Assembly: GCA_965219535.1 (NCBI GenBank)
Contig: CBDCNV010000002.1
Location: 750,001 to 782,000 of the forward strand
Reading direction: 5' to 3'
DNA length: 32,000 nt
Origin: Opitutales bacterium
Lineage (GTDB): Bacteria; Verrucomicrobiota; Verrucomicrobiia; Opitutales; PNEW01
Part shown: one piece after another, positions 31,216 to 32,000 of the stretch
How the letters are laid out: every line of letters begins with the position of its first letter
Position numbering within the stretch: position 1 is the first letter of the stretch
The notes under the pieces: model-generated
Databases searched by the model: none
What the model saw: the letters and a program-made list of their open reading frames with translations, nothing else
What the model was told of the DNA's origin: nothing
Made by a program: the position numbers and the translations under genes

Positions 31216-32000
31216 TCACTCTATCGTCAACTCTTCGGTCGTCACAGTTATCGCATCCCCATCTTCATTGGCAAAAGACGCGACAATACTCTGAGTCGGC
31301 TGAGGGGTTTCATCGGACTTGAAGTTATTCTGAGAGATCAAGGTCTCAAACCCTGGGGTTGTCGATCCACTCTCCGCGACCACAACCGCGGCATCATTGG
31401 CCTGCGCCAGGTCTCCACCAGTGATTCGCAAACCGGGGTTTCCCGCCGGTACCGTAAAGGATCCTGTGCCAAACAGTATATGTGGTACTGCATCGCCACT
31501 GGCATCGATGTCACCTACCGTTAGCCGTACTGCGATAGGGGTACCTCGCGCATCCACGCCTATCTTGCCGGTGCTTCCACTGAAGACGGTGTTCGACAGC
31601 TGCATCCCACCCATTCCCGTGGAGTTGATCACTTCCACCAACGAGACGTCAGCCTGGGCGTCATAGACTTGGCCTTCGGGGAACAGTGCCTGGTTCACGG
31701 CGTTGATCTTTCCTACTGTGAAGATGCTGAAGAAGGTATTGGCGTCCGCTCCTTCGATGACCACACTCGGCTTTCCCGTCACGTACTCCACGGCCTGGTT
31801 GTAGCGAGGGGGCAGAGCCGGGGGCAGGAAGGTGGCCGGGTCGAGGGTGACGGTAAAAGTCCCAGCGCCTGAGAACTCTACCTGCACAATGTCCTCGTTT
31901 TCATCCATAAAGGAAACGCGGGTGATCTGATTCGGTTTCGCCTGGAGTTGGACGAACTCACCGGTTAATAAGATCTGGTCGAAGACGTTCCCGTTGGGAT
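31216..32000 (-). CDS. core-domain family protein, C-terminal part only (gene continues beyond the right edge)
   Basis: The frame stays open upstream of the track's Met to the window end (…NGNVFDQILLTGEFVQLQAKPNQITRVSFMDENEDIVQVEFSG…). It contains the core domain and the tail ...TEELTIE. Confidence 0.85.
   Translation of the reverse strand, partial: PNGNVFDQILLTGEFVQLQAKPNQITRVSFMDENEDIVQVEFSGAGTFTVTLDPATFLPPALPPRYNQAVEYVTGKPSVVIEGADANTFFSIFTVGKINAVNQALFPEGQVYDAQADVSLVEVINSTGMGGMQLSNTVFSGSTGKIGVDARGTPIAVRLTVGDIDASGDAVPHILFGTGSFTVPAGNPGLRITGGDLAQANDAAVVVAESGSTTPGFETLISQNNFKSDETPQPTQSIVASFANEDGDAITVTTEELTIE

Noticed and set aside
31216-31908. Met at 31908 as the start of a 230-aa protein.
   Set aside because: The frame stays open upstream to the window edge. 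It continues the conserved core sequence (NGNVFDQILLTGE...), so the gene is truncated by the window rather than being short.
13792-32000. A diversity-generating retroelement or invertase-driven phase/antigenic variation system acting on the paralog family.
   Set aside because: The window contains no reverse transcriptase, template repeat with A-specific mismatches, or site-specific recombinase with invertible inverted repeats. Only homologous gene conversion is supported by the data.

Overview
The window falls into three parts. All homology calls come from reading the translations and DNA by eye. No searches were run.

(1) 1-10.5 kb holds ordinary-looking catabolic genes. On the plus strand there is a trio: an SDR, a sugar-phosphate isomerase/epimerase, and an extradiol dioxygenase fused to an unknown domain. 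On the minus strand there is a run of a BNR (sialidase-like) protein, a copper amine oxidase, two acetoacetate-decarboxylase-family paralogs and an M20 hydrolase.

(2) 10.5-13.8 kb is a repeat-riddled accessory stretch. It contains a truncated tRNA-Pro, a slightly GC-richer methyltransferase + glyoxalase pair, two tiny ORFs, and many copies of two palindromic interspersed repeat families (called A and B here).

(3) 13.8-32 kb is an expansion of five paralogous secreted modular proteins. They share an unrecognised ~235-aa core domain behind different N-terminal modules: a 7-blade FG-GAP propeller, a DNRLRE-like domain, or beta-sandwich modules plus an Ig-like domain. Interleaved with them are two paralogous genes that fuse a lipoprotein signal and a NanM-like Kelch propeller to a sodium:solute symporter (SSS). 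One family member is split by a decayed IS3-family element. Two others form a ~2.49-kb tandem duplication containing a 137-bp tract of perfect DNA identity.

No rRNA, CRISPR array or intact tRNA was seen. The best candidate for something undescribed is the twice-repeated divergent gene pair 'core-domain secreted protein + Kelch-SSS fusion transporter'. The domain repertoire is reminiscent of marine PVC-group heterotrophs, but that is only a guess.
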